Origin: Torpedo marmorata
Taxonomy: Eukaryota
Reading direction: 5' to 3'
NCBI GenBank assembly: GCA_977017645.1
Contig: OZ360229.1
Location: 78,182,001 to 78,246,000, forward strand
Length of the DNA stretch: 64,000 nt
The notes under the pieces are model-generated. The model saw nothing but the letters and a program-made list of their open reading frames with translations. It had not been told where the DNA came from and did no database searches. Position numbers and translations under genes: made by a program. Below, piece after piece: positions 1 through 12,640 of the stretch; position 1 is the stretch's first letter; the number at the start of each line of letters is the position of its first letter.

Positions 1-1188
1 ATGTTGATCCTGCATTGTAGTCTGAATAGAGCTAAGAGTCAGCTCAACCCAGCCGTCTCTATTAGTACTATTAAAACAATGTAAGATGCTGAGAGAAGAT
101 GTGGAAGAATTAGATCAGTACCCCATCAAACTCATTCTTCTTGGAATGCACATGGGAACATTCAGGAGTCACACCTAATTCCTCTTGGCATGGCACTGAC
201 TTGCTTTTGGGCTTATCTTCTGAAGTCAAAATTCAGCACCCTTCCAGAATTAACCAAGAATACTGTTGGAGCAAGATTTCCTGTTGTGTGATGTCAGAAG
301 GTAACTATCAGAGACCCAAAGTTGGGGCCACTGGCAAGAACCCAGGGCAAATATGCCAAATTTGAATATGTGAATAGAGAATCACTCAAGGTAATAGACA
401 ACAGCATTAATCTGTTGAAATGAGTGGCAGGTGATACAGGAACATAATGCATGCGCAAGTTGCTATTTATGAAGAAAGTTAAACAAAATATTGGTTACAG
501 GGAAGTCAATTTTACAGCATTGATGGTGTCATTCGTGAGTCAGTGGAAAGTTGTGCATTTATGCCCCAGTACAGACATGCGAGTACGATAATGAGTGTAT
601 TTTCAGTGGAAGAGTGGGTTAACCTTCTAAAATGAAGCAACTTGTAAAATGGGCACTGGGAGTCTGTAGAAATCACCAGGACTTATCAAGCTTAATCGTT
701 TAGTTATATAATCTGTGCAGTGTCTCGAATTCATTCCCAACATTCTGTGAACAGGCAGGAAGTTGATGATTACCCAGACATCCCAGTCTGTTGGTGAGAT
801 GGCGGTGAGCCCTCATTCTAAGCTGCAACTGAAATGCATTTCACATATTGAAGTACAATGGAGCCAATCCAATGTCCCTCATTGCCTTATGTACTGACAT
901 CAGTCCTTTCACAGTCACTGCGGGAAGGTTATTCTTACTGTATCTTAGCTCTGGGCTCTGAAGCCATCTTTTCCATCTTTAAAAAATAAATATACTCTTT
1001 AAAAAAAGTAGCTAAAATGTGCATTAAACTAAAATAAATTTTCTACTATTACTAACTATTATTAAACAAAAGTTAATAGATTTTCACATTTTCCTCAACT
1101 ATTTCAGTGCATTACATTACAATTTCCACAGTGCAGTACCTCTCAATGCCAGAGATCAAAGATTCAGGCTGGACCGTGTCTTACTCAC

Positions 1189-1313
1189 AGCTTTATATCG
1201 GACCAGGTAATGTCGAATGGGGGAGCCTCCGTCATCCTGCTTGATCCAGTTGACTTTGTAGATATTTCCACTCCCCATTACATGTTCTTCAAGCTTAGGT
1301 GGACTTGGTTCTC
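1189..1313 (-). CDS. NCAM1: NCAM1 exon (exon 13 equivalent; FN2 N-terminal part)
   Basis: 125 nt, cttgtag|GA GAA...GCT|gtgagt. (R/G)EPSPPKLEEHVMGSGNIYKVNWIKQDDGGSPIRHYLVRYKA, cf. NCAM1 GEPSAPKLEGQMGEDGNSIKVNLIKQDDGGSPIRHYLVRYRA. Confidence 0.96.
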
Positions 1314-4300
1314 CTACAAGTTAATGTTGGTAACACCACATTTCTTATCCGATAATCCAAATGTCCTAATCTAATAAAAAGACTGCAGCCACTTAAAGCA
1401 CATCAATAGATTTCGATTGACTAATAACTTTAAAAAAAAAAGTTTCATTTTTTTCAGGATCGAAATAACTTACTGAGAACAGAACTGCATTTCAAGTATC
1501 TAATAACACAACAGCTAGACTGCAGTAACTGGGGCATCTAATTATTAATGTATAAGGGAGGGAATTGTAGTTCACTCAATGTTGATCTTGCTTCTATGCA
1601 ACTAAAATATTCAAAATTGTCATGATGAATTAGTCTTCAAGTTCCAGTACATTAAACAATTCATAGCCCGTAATATATTAACAGAGCAAATTCTGACAGA
1701 ATCAGAGCCTCCTATTTCTCTCATGCACTCGTGTTCCTGGGTTGTATACCAAGACTCTAAAATGATGTGTTCGTAATTGTAAATGACTGCTGTTGATCAT
1801 TATACATGTTAAACTTTTGGTTTATTACCCAAATGAAAAGAAGCAAAAGCAGGAAATAGCATTTTATAAATCATCTTATTGCAGCATGCTGGAACTGCCA
1901 GACTGTCTAGACAATACTCTAAGCACACACTAGTTGTTTAAGTTACAATATTTGATCAAACTATTAATACTTTTATTTTATAAGGCACTGCAGCTGTGAG
2001 TGACACCTGTGTGGGTTTGAATAATAAAATGGAGGTGTCAAGAGAAAACCAACTCCAGGATTATCTCTTCTCATATAATTTATTTAATGCACAACCCAAT
2101 ATATTTAGGATAAAATCGATTTTAAGTATTTTTTGAGGAGTACGTGAAATCTTGAATGTTTTCCTTCAGCTGCACAAAATCTGACACCTGGGAAACAGAA
2201 TGTAATCTTCTCCCTTGCGTCATTGAAAATGTCTCACGACTGCAAGAGAAAGAATAACTGAGCTGTTTTTATTCTTTTTTTTTGGAAAAGTTTTGAATGA
2301 ATTATATTGCTATGGAGAGATTTTCCAAATTTCAGTATCTTGCAAACCCGACAGGATGGGGAAACATCTCTAAGTTATAACTGCATGCTGGTGGAAAGGG
2401 AAAAATAAACTATAACCTCTGTTGCTATTTAAGAATGACCCTCTGGTATTCCAGATTCCATGCTGCATTATATTAGAATGTTAAATTATTAAATGACTAA
2501 AAATGGTAATGCAGTTCTGCTCAACCAGATCAGTTACGTGCAGCGGTGGCTCTTATAGGGAGACCAGTTGTCACAAGGATCCCCGAAACATAAATACATA
2601 TTGACAAACTTAATCGTTCCAAGGATCAAAATGGAGCTGAGCTCTCGTTGCATTCATGACAAACCTGCCCGGATTGCTTATTTCTGAGGGTTAAGCATCT
2701 GATTGCAAACAGTTGGGAGAAATTTCTTGGTGGCTATTAAATCATTGGAGGGTTTGTGAAAGTGATGCAGATGGGTCACGATCCTTGTTCGAGAAGATTT
2801 TTGTTGAGTAACTTGCTCCAACTGGGCTGATAAAGGAGACACGCAAGAGATATCAACATTGCCAGGACGACAAACAAACTGGTCAGAGGTGGGTTTTCAG
2901 AAGAATTTTGAAGGAAGAGAGGGAGGAGGAGGAGGGCACTTGGTTGAGGACAAATCAGGCAAGAGGGAGGTGAAGAAAGGGGAATCTGTATAACAATTTT
3001 GACTCTTTTCATGGGTGTTCTGGAGGGGTATAGATATCAACCCAGCACCATTAATATCTCCGGAAAACTAATACCCTTTCTGTGCAAGCATTGAAGATTC
3101 TCATTTTAGATTGCGGACTATCAATCCAATGATAAAGGATTGTCACCTGTAGAATAACCCCTTTTCAAAAAAATATTAGTTGTGAATTCTATAGCAGGAA
3201 AGGAGTTTTGTAATGAACAGGATTCTTAGAGTGTATTAGTTATCCAATAAATTCTCTACAAACAAATGATCATTCATAACTGAGTCTTCAGTATAAGAGT
3301 CACCACCACATATTCACTCTGCTGTTTGTGTTTATTTCAAGTTATACGAACAAGGGCATTCTTAAAATGTTAATATTCTGTAAACATATTCATTTGAAGT
3401 TTAGTTAACTTATCAGAGTAGGTTCATAATCCAAATAACGAGTTTTGCTGTAACTTAACAAGTTAGTGAGATTTCAAAGGAAGATACAGGGAAAAAAAAA
3501 ACAGTTGTTCCTTGTGCAGGCTGATTCCAGATGATGTAACAGTTCTACACAATTCAGTCACTAAGAGTTGCTTTACTCCATTTCTGGGCAAAATAAAAAA
3601 GTTAAAGAAGAAGAAAACACCAGCACAAATCATGCGAAATCATGCAGCACTTTTCGGAACATCATGTTGGCTAGGATTATGGAACTATATGAATTTCTGG
3701 TTCTAGATGAAGAAAAAGATTCAGTTAGCATGCATGTGGTGGTTCCATTTACACTAAGTGCTTTTTCACATTCACTAATGATTCATGCTTCATGTAGCCA
3801 TGTTTAGCTAATAATCTTTGTTTGGCATGCTTGCACCAAAGGAATTCTAGATAAGTCCAGTGCAACCAAGTTGCAGGAATTCAAATTCATCATCCTACAG
3901 TGTCAAAGGGATATTTTCCAAGAGAGATAGCTAATTTAGTGGTGAAGACTACATTTAATTTGTGGCCAAGGCACATCTGAATGTTAAATCATATCATAAA
4001 AGTTTAAAAGCACCCTTTCTTCCACTATGTGTCAAATTCACTGAGTGTAAATGGTAATGGAAACTTCAGAGACGATGCCTAATTGAAAAAAAAATTGCTT
4101 ATTGTTTGCTTAATATAAGGAATCTGTTCAATTGTAACCAAATAAATGCAAAAAGAAAGAAATGAGAAACAGAGCGGAAAAGCCCATTTAAATCAGCCTA
4201 TATCCGTTACTCAAATGGCATGCATCGGCGGGTCCAATTCTCAGACTCGTTGAAAACTCTGGATGTCGCCCAATAGGCTTCAGGAGGGGAATAAAACTAC

Positions 4301-4899
4301 TTGCATACATGCAGTGATGCTGTGAGTTACAGGTGTTAGTTGGATTCTGTTCGAATCGGTGCTTCCCTCTTAAAAAAAGATCAGGAAACATAATTCTGAC
4401 AAAGTGACCGACTGTCCAGGAATTTACAAATAAGAATTTTATTTTTAGCAGGGAAGCACCACAGATAAGATAAAAAAAAGTTATCTTTGCTCTTTGAAGT
4501 GTTTGCTCAGCTTATGCCAGATGTTAGTAATATTAATGGATTACATGTATTTTAAACCTGTATACTCAGCACCAGCACATAGCTCTTGTGTAAATACAAG
4601 GAACACTGAATTACAATTTACTTGAAATTACAAGAAGATTAAAATGTCCAAGTTTGTGCAAACACAAAGCAATCTGCAGGGCAGAAACCTCATTTACATC
4701 TAGTTATTAACTTCCTAATTTTAACAAAATACGATACAGGCTAATAACCATTTTATCTCAGAAGATTTAACTCTGGGAGAAGTTAGCTTCTAATGCACTA
4801 TTTTATCAGGGCATCAAAACTTAAACGGATAAAACCTTATTTTTCTCTTTATCATTAATTGCCTGCCAATTGTTTTGTAAAAACATGTTAGTTATACCG

Positions 4900-5076
4900 N
4901 NNNNNNNNNNNNNNNNNNNNNNNNNNNNNNNNNNNNNNNNNNNNNNNNNNNNNNNNNNNNNNNNNNNNNNNNNNNNNNNNNNNNNNNNNNNNNNNNNNNN
5001 NNNNNNNNNNNNNNNNNNNNNNNNNNNNNNNNNNNNNNNNNNNNNNNNNNNNNNNNNNNNNNNNNNNNNNNNNNNN
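4900..5076. other. Assembly gap (177 N)
   Basis: Run of N. Confidence 1.
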
Positions 5077-5204
5077 AACGTCCGTTCGGGCAACGTCCGA
5101 CCGCATATATGTCCGTGGTCCCATAATTATTCAGTTACCGCGAGCAAGTCCACAGTAATTTAGAAAAAGCGATTGCTAGTTAAAGGAAATTGTATACTGT
5201 ATAC

Positions 5205-5617
5205 CCAAACTGATCCGACTGCCCCGCTCTCTCCCCACAGCCCTGTATCAGTCCCAACTAATCCCACTGCCCCGCACTCTTCCCACAGCCCCGTGTCGGA
5301 CCCCACACTGATCCCACTGCCCCGCTCTCTCCCCACAGCCCCGTGTCAGTCCCCACACTGATCCCACTGCCCCGCTCTCTCCCCACAGCCCCGTGTCGGT
5401 CCCCACACTTATCCCACTGCCCCGCTCTCTCCCCACAGCCCCGTGTTGGTCCCCACACTGATCCAACTGCCCCGCTCTCTCCCCACAGCCCCGTGTCGGT
5501 CCCCACACTGATCTCACTGCCCCGCTCTCTCCTCACAGCCCCGTGTCGGTCCGCACACTGATCCCACTGCCCCACTCTCTCCCCACAGCCCCATGTCAGT
5601 CCCCACACTGATCCCTA
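5205..5617. repeat. GC-rich minisatellite, 50-bp unit, about 8 copies
   Basis: Unit ccccacactgatcccactgccccgctctctccccacagccccgtgtcggt recurs at 5301, 5351, 5401, 5451, 5501, 5551 and 5601, with degenerate copies before. Confidence 0.95.
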
Positions 5618-7233
5618 CTTACAAATAAAAAGTTTACAGGTACACTACAGTATCCCATATAGCTTTGCTAAATATATAATAGTGTTTGCACAACGTCCAC
5701 ATCGCATAACGCCCAATTTCACAGAACGTATCGAGGACATTAAGTGGCGCATACCATACACATATAAACATACCGGTATATATTTTTTATTTTTAAAACA
5801 GATTATTTTAACTTTTAAACATTTCTCCATGTGTTTATAGATAATCTATTTACAGAAGTAAATTCTTGATAAATTGCATATTATTTCAATTTACTCAAAA
5901 TTAATGTGAACTAGCTAATAAAGCAAAATTGAAACAATGGTAGATATTGCTTTAGTGCACGATTGTATCAAAATAATTTGCATCTCCAATGGTTGTCAGG
6001 TTTTTAATGAGGAATTATTTTCGTATCTATGTCAAGCATCAAAGCAGTTTTACATTCAATCTGGTGCTGTAAATTGATCCCAGAATATTCCCATCTCTGC
6101 GCTCATTGATTTTGCAAATTATCAAGTTGTGGTGCTGCACTGAAACTACAGAAACTGTTGCTGCTGGAATGTCAGACAGTTCTGAACCAAATTTGATGTT
6201 CTCACTCCCTGGAGGGAACTGACTATTTGGAAGATTGCTGTTTATGTGGAATATTCAGTTTATTGGCACAAAACGTTTCACAGGAACAGCCAGTGCTTCA
6301 AGAAAGTGAGGACATAATGTTTGTTTTCTGTTGTTTGTGGTGGTTATCTCAAAAAATTTGCTTTAGGCCTTCTTCTGACAAACTTTGTGGCCAAGATTTC
6401 CCATCCTGAACCCATGGGCATGAAGCTTAGCTGTAAAGTTATTCTATGCACATTGGCTGAGATCAGAAAAAAACAAACTGTAAATTAAAACTTAAAGCTT
6501 TTATAAATCTCTATGATTTGGCAGCTGGAAAAAAAAAGCATTATTTTTAAATAAACTAAACAAAAATGTAACTCTTTAAATAAATGCATTCTGGTTCAAC
6601 ATTTTTTGTCCAAAGTTCACTACAGCCCCCTATTCTGGCATACAACTCCATGAAAACTTATTTTTAAAAAAGTTTCTGTTATTAATTTTATCTTTTGCCC
6701 CTTTGTTCAATTTTTGGGTGGCAGATCTTGAGAAATAAATGACCATTTTATTTATGGGAGCCTACCTCTAAAAGCTTGGAGTGAACTAAGCTTGCTAGGA
6801 TTTTATAGACAGAATTAAATTGACGTCCAGGGCACCACGTAGGAAGGACATGTACAGGAGTCATAAGTTTATCAACAGCAGATGAGGAGAATGCTCCCTG
6901 GTATGTTAAAGTTAAACTCTTCTAAGTCAATGGCACTCTAAATAGGTTTATTGGCTAATTTATTACCAAGTTAAAAGCATAATTAATGGGTTTATAACTT
7001 ATAAATAGTTTTCTGTTTCAATGAAACAATTTCCATTTTACCTTTCACCCTTCTAGTTTCATTTGACACCATGGCACTTATCTTTTAAAATGAGATTTGT
7101 TCTGCAACATTTTGGTAAATACATAAAAATGTATTTTAGCAGGCATTTATAAAATTTCCATAATGCTCAACTCTACTGAACCCTTTGGAGAAACTTGTTC
7201 AATTTATTCAACCAATCAGAACAAAGATTTTAC

Positions 7234-7236
7234 CTT
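7234..7236 (-). CDS. NCAM1: NCAM1 3-nt AAG microexon
   Basis: ctggtgaacag|AAG|gtaaaa, with TGCATG at 7269-7274 and a displaced pyrimidine tract upstream. Lies between the 42-nt exon and exon 13, as for the known NCAM1 AAG triplet exon. Confidence 0.8.
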
Positions 7237-8769
7237 CTGTTCACCAGCGTGGACGACATCATCAGCACCATGCAAGCCACATGACAAAGTCACATGATAC
7301 GCACGTACATAATTGGTTGAAAGGAAAGTGGAGGAGAGCACATGAAAAATATAAAATTAAAACTGATGTAAACATGGGCAGAAATAGAGTCACAGACTGA
7401 ATCAACCAAAACCAAACCAAAAAACAGTAAAATACAAATGGGACGCTGGGATATTTAAGTCAAGCTCTCTGGTTGCAACAAACATCAGCAGTATTTCCTC
7501 TGGCTGCAATTGTAAATGAGAACGTTTAGTAGTTAAACAATTTGAAAGAAAAAATTGCAAAGCATTTTGTTACAGAAATGCAATTAGTTTCAGGCAAAGC
7601 TTGAACATCTCAGTGAAAAAAAAATTGATCAAAATACAATAACTGATAATTTTATCCCAGGATGCAGATTCTTGAACTCTCCCCAAATAACATCTTCAGA
7701 GGAAATTTTGCAGCTCTACAAATGCAGGGAGCAGCACCCCTTTTCACAAACACTTCCATCACAGGTTGTGAATTTAATCATCCCCAAAACTCACAACCAT
7801 ATCTGAATTTTACACTTTTCAGCACCGGTGATTTCCATTTGATTCAGGAAAACCACAAATGGAAAGGTGTACAAATTTTATTCCATTCCACATGCGATGC
7901 CATGGCAACAATGCAGCAATTATGCAATGAATGCGAGATGATGCAGAAGCTGTTGTAAAAAAAACTGCAATGGGAGTCTTGCTTGTATGCTTCAATCTGA
8001 TGCATTTGGCAGGCTACAAATAATGTTCATTATGAGACATACTATATGCTAATGAATGAAGAGTACAAGGCCACAGTAGCTGAGTCCTGTAGACATGCCC
8101 AGCCGAAATCTAATGAGAAAATAAAGAATACATTTCTAAAATTTCAATAGGATCACTGGGTAGACTGGGCTTGGGGGAAAAAAATTAAAACAAATTGAAT
8201 CAGTTCTGTCGTTGATTCTCACAATGTTGTTTTTCAGTTTAGCATCTAAACAATTGATAAAAAGTGCTTAGCTATAGTTTTAATATGGAAAAAATATTTT
8301 TTTAGTAGGTTATGTTGTTGCATCCAGCAATATTTTGTTGCAATGAATGTTGCTACTAATGTTCTGCCTTGCTGAAATAAAAAAAATTGCATTAGTTCTG
8401 TATTAAAATAAAATCTCCACTGATATTTTCTTCGCTGAAAGCAAAGTGGCATTAGTCTTGCACTGCACTAAGAAAAAACAGGATTAATGTTTAGTTGCAT
8501 TAGAACCCCAATACGAAATAAGTTGCATTTTTTAATTCAATAGGTTCCCTTTATTTTTCAAAACTTTTAAAATTACTTTTCTCAAAGAATCCCTATGATA
8601 ACGAGTTGTCCCCACTCACTATCTTTGAAATTAATTGCTTCTTTCCATAATTAAGTGATGACAACTCATAAATAAAACAGCTGGCTTTTTAAATCATCGC
8701 TGTCTCTCAACAATGAGAAGGACCCTCAGAATTTTCTGAGCTCGCAATCTGAAGTAGAGGGCTGCCTAA

Positions 8770-9350
8770 TCATAGAATCATAGAAAACCTACAGCACAAT
8801 ACAGGCCCTTCGGCCCACAAAGTTGTGCCGAACATGTCACTACTCTAGGAATTGATAGACTTACTTATATCCCTCTATATTTCTGAGCTCCATGTACCTG
8901 TCCAAAAGTCTCTTAAAAATCCCTATAAAATCCACCTCCACCACCGTTGCCGGCAACTCATTCCACGCACCCACCACTCTTTGCGTAAAAAACGTACCTC
9001 TGACATTTCCTCTACACCTTCTTCCCAACACCTTAAACCTGTGTCCCCTTGTAGCAACCATTTCGGCCCTGGGAAAAAGCCTCTGTCTACATGATCAAAG
9101 CCCCTTATCATCTTAAACACCTCAATCATGTCCCCTCTCATTCTCCTTCATTCCAAGCAGAATAGTTCCCTCAACCTGTTTTCATAGGGCATGCTCCCTA
9201 AACCAGGCAACATCCTAGTAAATCTCCTCTGCACCCTTTCTAATGCCTCCACATCCTTCCTGTAGTGAGGCGACCAGAATTGCGCACAATACTCCAATAT
9301 AGGTCTGACCAACGTCCTATTCAGTTGCAACATTACCTCTCGACTCCTAA
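8770..9350 (-). mobile_element. CR1 LINE 3' fragment
   Basis: Translates to the CR1 ORF2 C-terminus (LVRPILEYCAQFWSPHYRKDVEALERVQRRFTRMLPGL; RGDMIEVFKM; FFTQRVVGAWNELP); tail (ttctatga)n. Confidence 0.9.
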
Positions 9351-10450
9351 ATAATGCTATCCAAAGACCCGCCATTGATGGAAGAGAACTGCACACTCTG
9401 CGATGTCGATAGGGGCTGTGGGGACGATAAAAGGTCAGTGATAACGCAGTGAAGGCGAACAATTCTGCTCCCACAGTGGTTCTGCCCAGAGAAAGCAGAA
9501 GATTTTCTCCCTTCCCATCCCAAATCTGTGACCACCCCTGAACTACAAAACCCAACACATTCACCCAAGCAATCATTATTCACATGCAAAAGTGACTCCA
9601 CGACCCAAGGTCTTAAATGTACACACACGCACCATCAGTCAAAACTAGTGACTAGGGGCAACAGGGTTCATCTGCAATATCCCTGGGTTCAGGTACCAGG
9701 AAGAATAGAATCAATGTAGTGACCAACCTTGTCTATTTCACACATGCATTGATGGAAGAAACTTGCTAAGCCCTGTTAAGGAATGACTTATGCCAGACTT
9801 AAGGCACTTGTCCTGATGAAATAAGTGAAAATTTGAATCATTTCTTGGTAATGCTTGATCAACAAGAAATAAGTATTGATCACTTCCACTCTTGTGAACA
9901 GCTTCCAATCTTCTCAGTTCCAAATAAATTAATCAGAAATAGCTGTGGCAGGAATATATTTTTTGAGCACTAAGTTCCCAATATGTTGCTTATTTTAAAT
10001 AACCAAGATAATTGATGCTTTTAGCAGAACAAAGAAACAAATTATCAGCAGCAAAATGTCAATTATTCTGTCATATTGAGGGTATTAGAAGGAACAGGAA
10101 AGAGTTTTAATTCAGGTACTCTTGAACCTTTTAACTGAAGTGACATTTGCATTCACAAATCTGAACAGTATAGACACTAAGCTCTTCATATGATTACTAG
10201 CAAATAATTTAAATTTCATTTTTTTTACACTTATTCACCAAAATTAAACTGATGGTAGTACATGTTAAGAGCATGCACTGTAGCCCTTATACAAATGTAG
10301 AATGATTACGCAAAATATTGTTTAAACAATTTCTGATTAGCAAGTAAAAATTTTGATATTGGACATTTTATATAAAGAATTACATCCACGTTGAACCAAA
10401 CACTGGCATATCAAAGCATTCTGCTTGCTGTCAGTATCTTTGGATAGCAT

Positions 10451-10698
10451 GACCTTATTACACAGAGATCCCGCAATACTGCCGTAAAGAAGACCCATCA
10501 TTAAGCCGGCTTTGCTTTTTTTAACACTGAACCAAACAACGCTGGCATAATGCAATTTGGCGCTGTGACTACCTCCGTTGCCGGCTTAAAGGCGGGACTA
10601 CAATGACCCCCCATTCTGTGTTCGTACCTTTTACACAGAACGGCGTGGCGCAATAAAGACGCAATATTCCCGCCTTGAAGAGGCTGTGTAAAAGGGGC
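10451..10698. mobile_element. PIF/Harbinger-like MITE
   Basis: Imperfect TIRs gaccttattacacag ... ctgtgtaaaaggggc, plus an internal inverted repeat (ttaagccggc / gccggcttaa). Confidence 0.55.
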
Positions 10699-11089
10699 TA
10701 ATGTCTAAAGTGTTGTGGGAACAAAGACATTTACCAAACAGCATCGAATAGAATGAACAAGATGCACAACTTAATAGATGTCAAGATGCATTCAATTTAC
10801 GGTAACATTGAATGAATAATTCATTTTTACTTTTCGTTTTTGCTTTGATATATTTACCGTAACTATATTGAACAAACAGCACTCTCCCTCAAACTGAAGT
10901 TGCTTGAGCTGTCAAGTGCGTTGTGATAAAATTTTGTCAGAAACCAATGCAAATCTGTCAGTGCAGCCAGACGACAGAGTCGGGCATTTATCATTGGCCA
11001 CAACATGGTCTATAACCACACTGGAGGATGCCAAAAAATGCAAGAGAAATACTAGTACCAAGAAACTGATGATGACATCTTCAACAGAA

Positions 11090-12590
11090 GTTAGTACATG
11101 CATGAAATCAGGATTATAAATTAATGTGTTTAAATGGCTTCTATATATTATATTCTAAGCTACATAGATGAGAAAATTGCCACAACTTTTAAAAGGAACA
11201 TCAATGGCAGCACACAGATTTGACGTACACAAGATTTTATAGCTCATCAACCACAGATGAATTAGGTTACCGAGATAGGGACAAAGATTGCATTCCTCCA
11301 GTCAAGTTGGAGTCTTTGTTTTTACTTGCTCATATTGGAAACTACTCATATGTCTATTTTGTCACCTCCAAATTAAAGAGAATAATTTTTTCCATAATCA
11401 TGAATTCCATTCAGTTACAGCAGACTGATTTCACACTATTTTAAATTCAAATTATATACACTGAAATAAATTGCTACATATTTGAAACTGCTTGACAGAG
11501 GTTAATTAGTGCTGGTGTCAACATACATCTCCCTCTACTTACAAAAACATGCAATTTCCACCACAAATTAAGCGAGGAATATATTTATTGTTACTTTTCT
11601 GTTGGTAGCTATCTCTTGGCCCACACTGGGATGTGATAAATTGAAAGAAATACAAAGACAGGAGATCCAATGCCAGGTGCAGCTGCTTAAAGGCTTCATA
11701 AGCAGGAGGCCCCCCCCACCCAAAAAAATATTGAACTCCATTCAACAGAACAAATTATTTTTCCCTCAAACTGGCATATAAAAAATGTTTCTGAAAATTA
11801 AAACCTTTTGTTATGAAAAGGCACTACTGATAATACAGCTCCTCAAATATGAGCTCCATCTAATAAAATTATGGTAGCCTTTATGAATTTTTAATTTTAA
11901 TTCAAAATATTGCTCGAGTTCAAAGTGATATCTAAGATTTGTTTGAAATAAACAATCCTCAATAATCTGCACAAAATTTGAAGTTTCTCTAGTATAAACC
12001 GAGGGTTTTAGTGCAACTGCGCGATTATCCTACAGTCGAAACCATGCAAGCACAAATCATTGGCCAGGTTATTTCTGCTAGACTGCATAAGGAACTCCAT
12101 GGCAACACAATCCAACGTAATCAGAATAGTCCCAAGTGGCAACTCATCCAAGGTGTTAAAAATGTTTCACAAGTGAAATGCGTGTGCAGAGAATGTATTT
12201 GGTTTGGTAAATATGGTTAATAAATCATGCAAACTTAAAACCAGAAATGGTTATGTCTCTGGCTAATGATACACTGAAGAAACTTGTGTAGGTTAAAGAA
12301 CATCCTCTTCATTGTCACGGCTGGAAGCTGAAACTAATGTCATGCTGAGAAATCTTTAACTTTATAGATTAATATTCCACTTTTAATTGAAGCAATATTA
12401 AGAACATCTAATTCATGCTATCAAACTTCAAACTGCATTTTCTCTTGTGCAAAAAAAAAGTTTTCTCAGCTTCAAATCAATCCAAATTTCAGGCTCTCGT
12501 ATCTGGAAGGTTGACTGAACCCGACTTTAATAATAGTTGGAGAAGCTAGACTTGCTGAGGGACTTATAAAACAAACAACGGCATGCAAGT
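11090..12590 (-). promoter_or_regulatory. Cluster of RBFOX (TGCATG) splicing elements downstream of the 42-nt microexon
   Basis: Minus-strand TGCATG at 12582, 12226, 12043, 11548 and 11097; the last abuts a QKI-type ACTAAC. Confidence 0.65.
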
Positions 12591-12598
12591 ATACTCAC

Positions 12599-12640
12599 TA
12601 GATGAATTGAGTGATGGGAAAGGAGATGAAAGAAGGGTGG
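12599..12640 (-). CDS. NCAM1: NCAM1 hinge microexon (MSD1c/12C-like), 42 nt
   Basis: ttgcctttctttccatag|CCACCCTTCTTTCATCTCCTTTCCCATCACTCAATTCATCTA|gtgagt. Phase 1-1, Ser/Pro-rich xTLLSSPFPSLNSS; TGCATG 11 nt into the downstream intron; same length as tetrapod MSD1c. Confidence 0.8.

Larger units (their letters stand above)
4897..5777. mobile_element. Possible Tigger/pogo-type MITE enclosing the gap and the minisatellite
   Basis: Starts ta|ccg just before the gap and ends ...taccgg|ta, like the other TA|CCG...CGG|TA elements here. The left TIR is hidden by Ns. Confidence 0.4.

Noticed and set aside
4821-5163. ORFs spanning poly-X
   Set aside because: They read through the assembly gap.
5173-5608. 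Several Pro/Gly-rich ORFs
   Set aside because: Artefacts of the stop-free 50-bp minisatellite.
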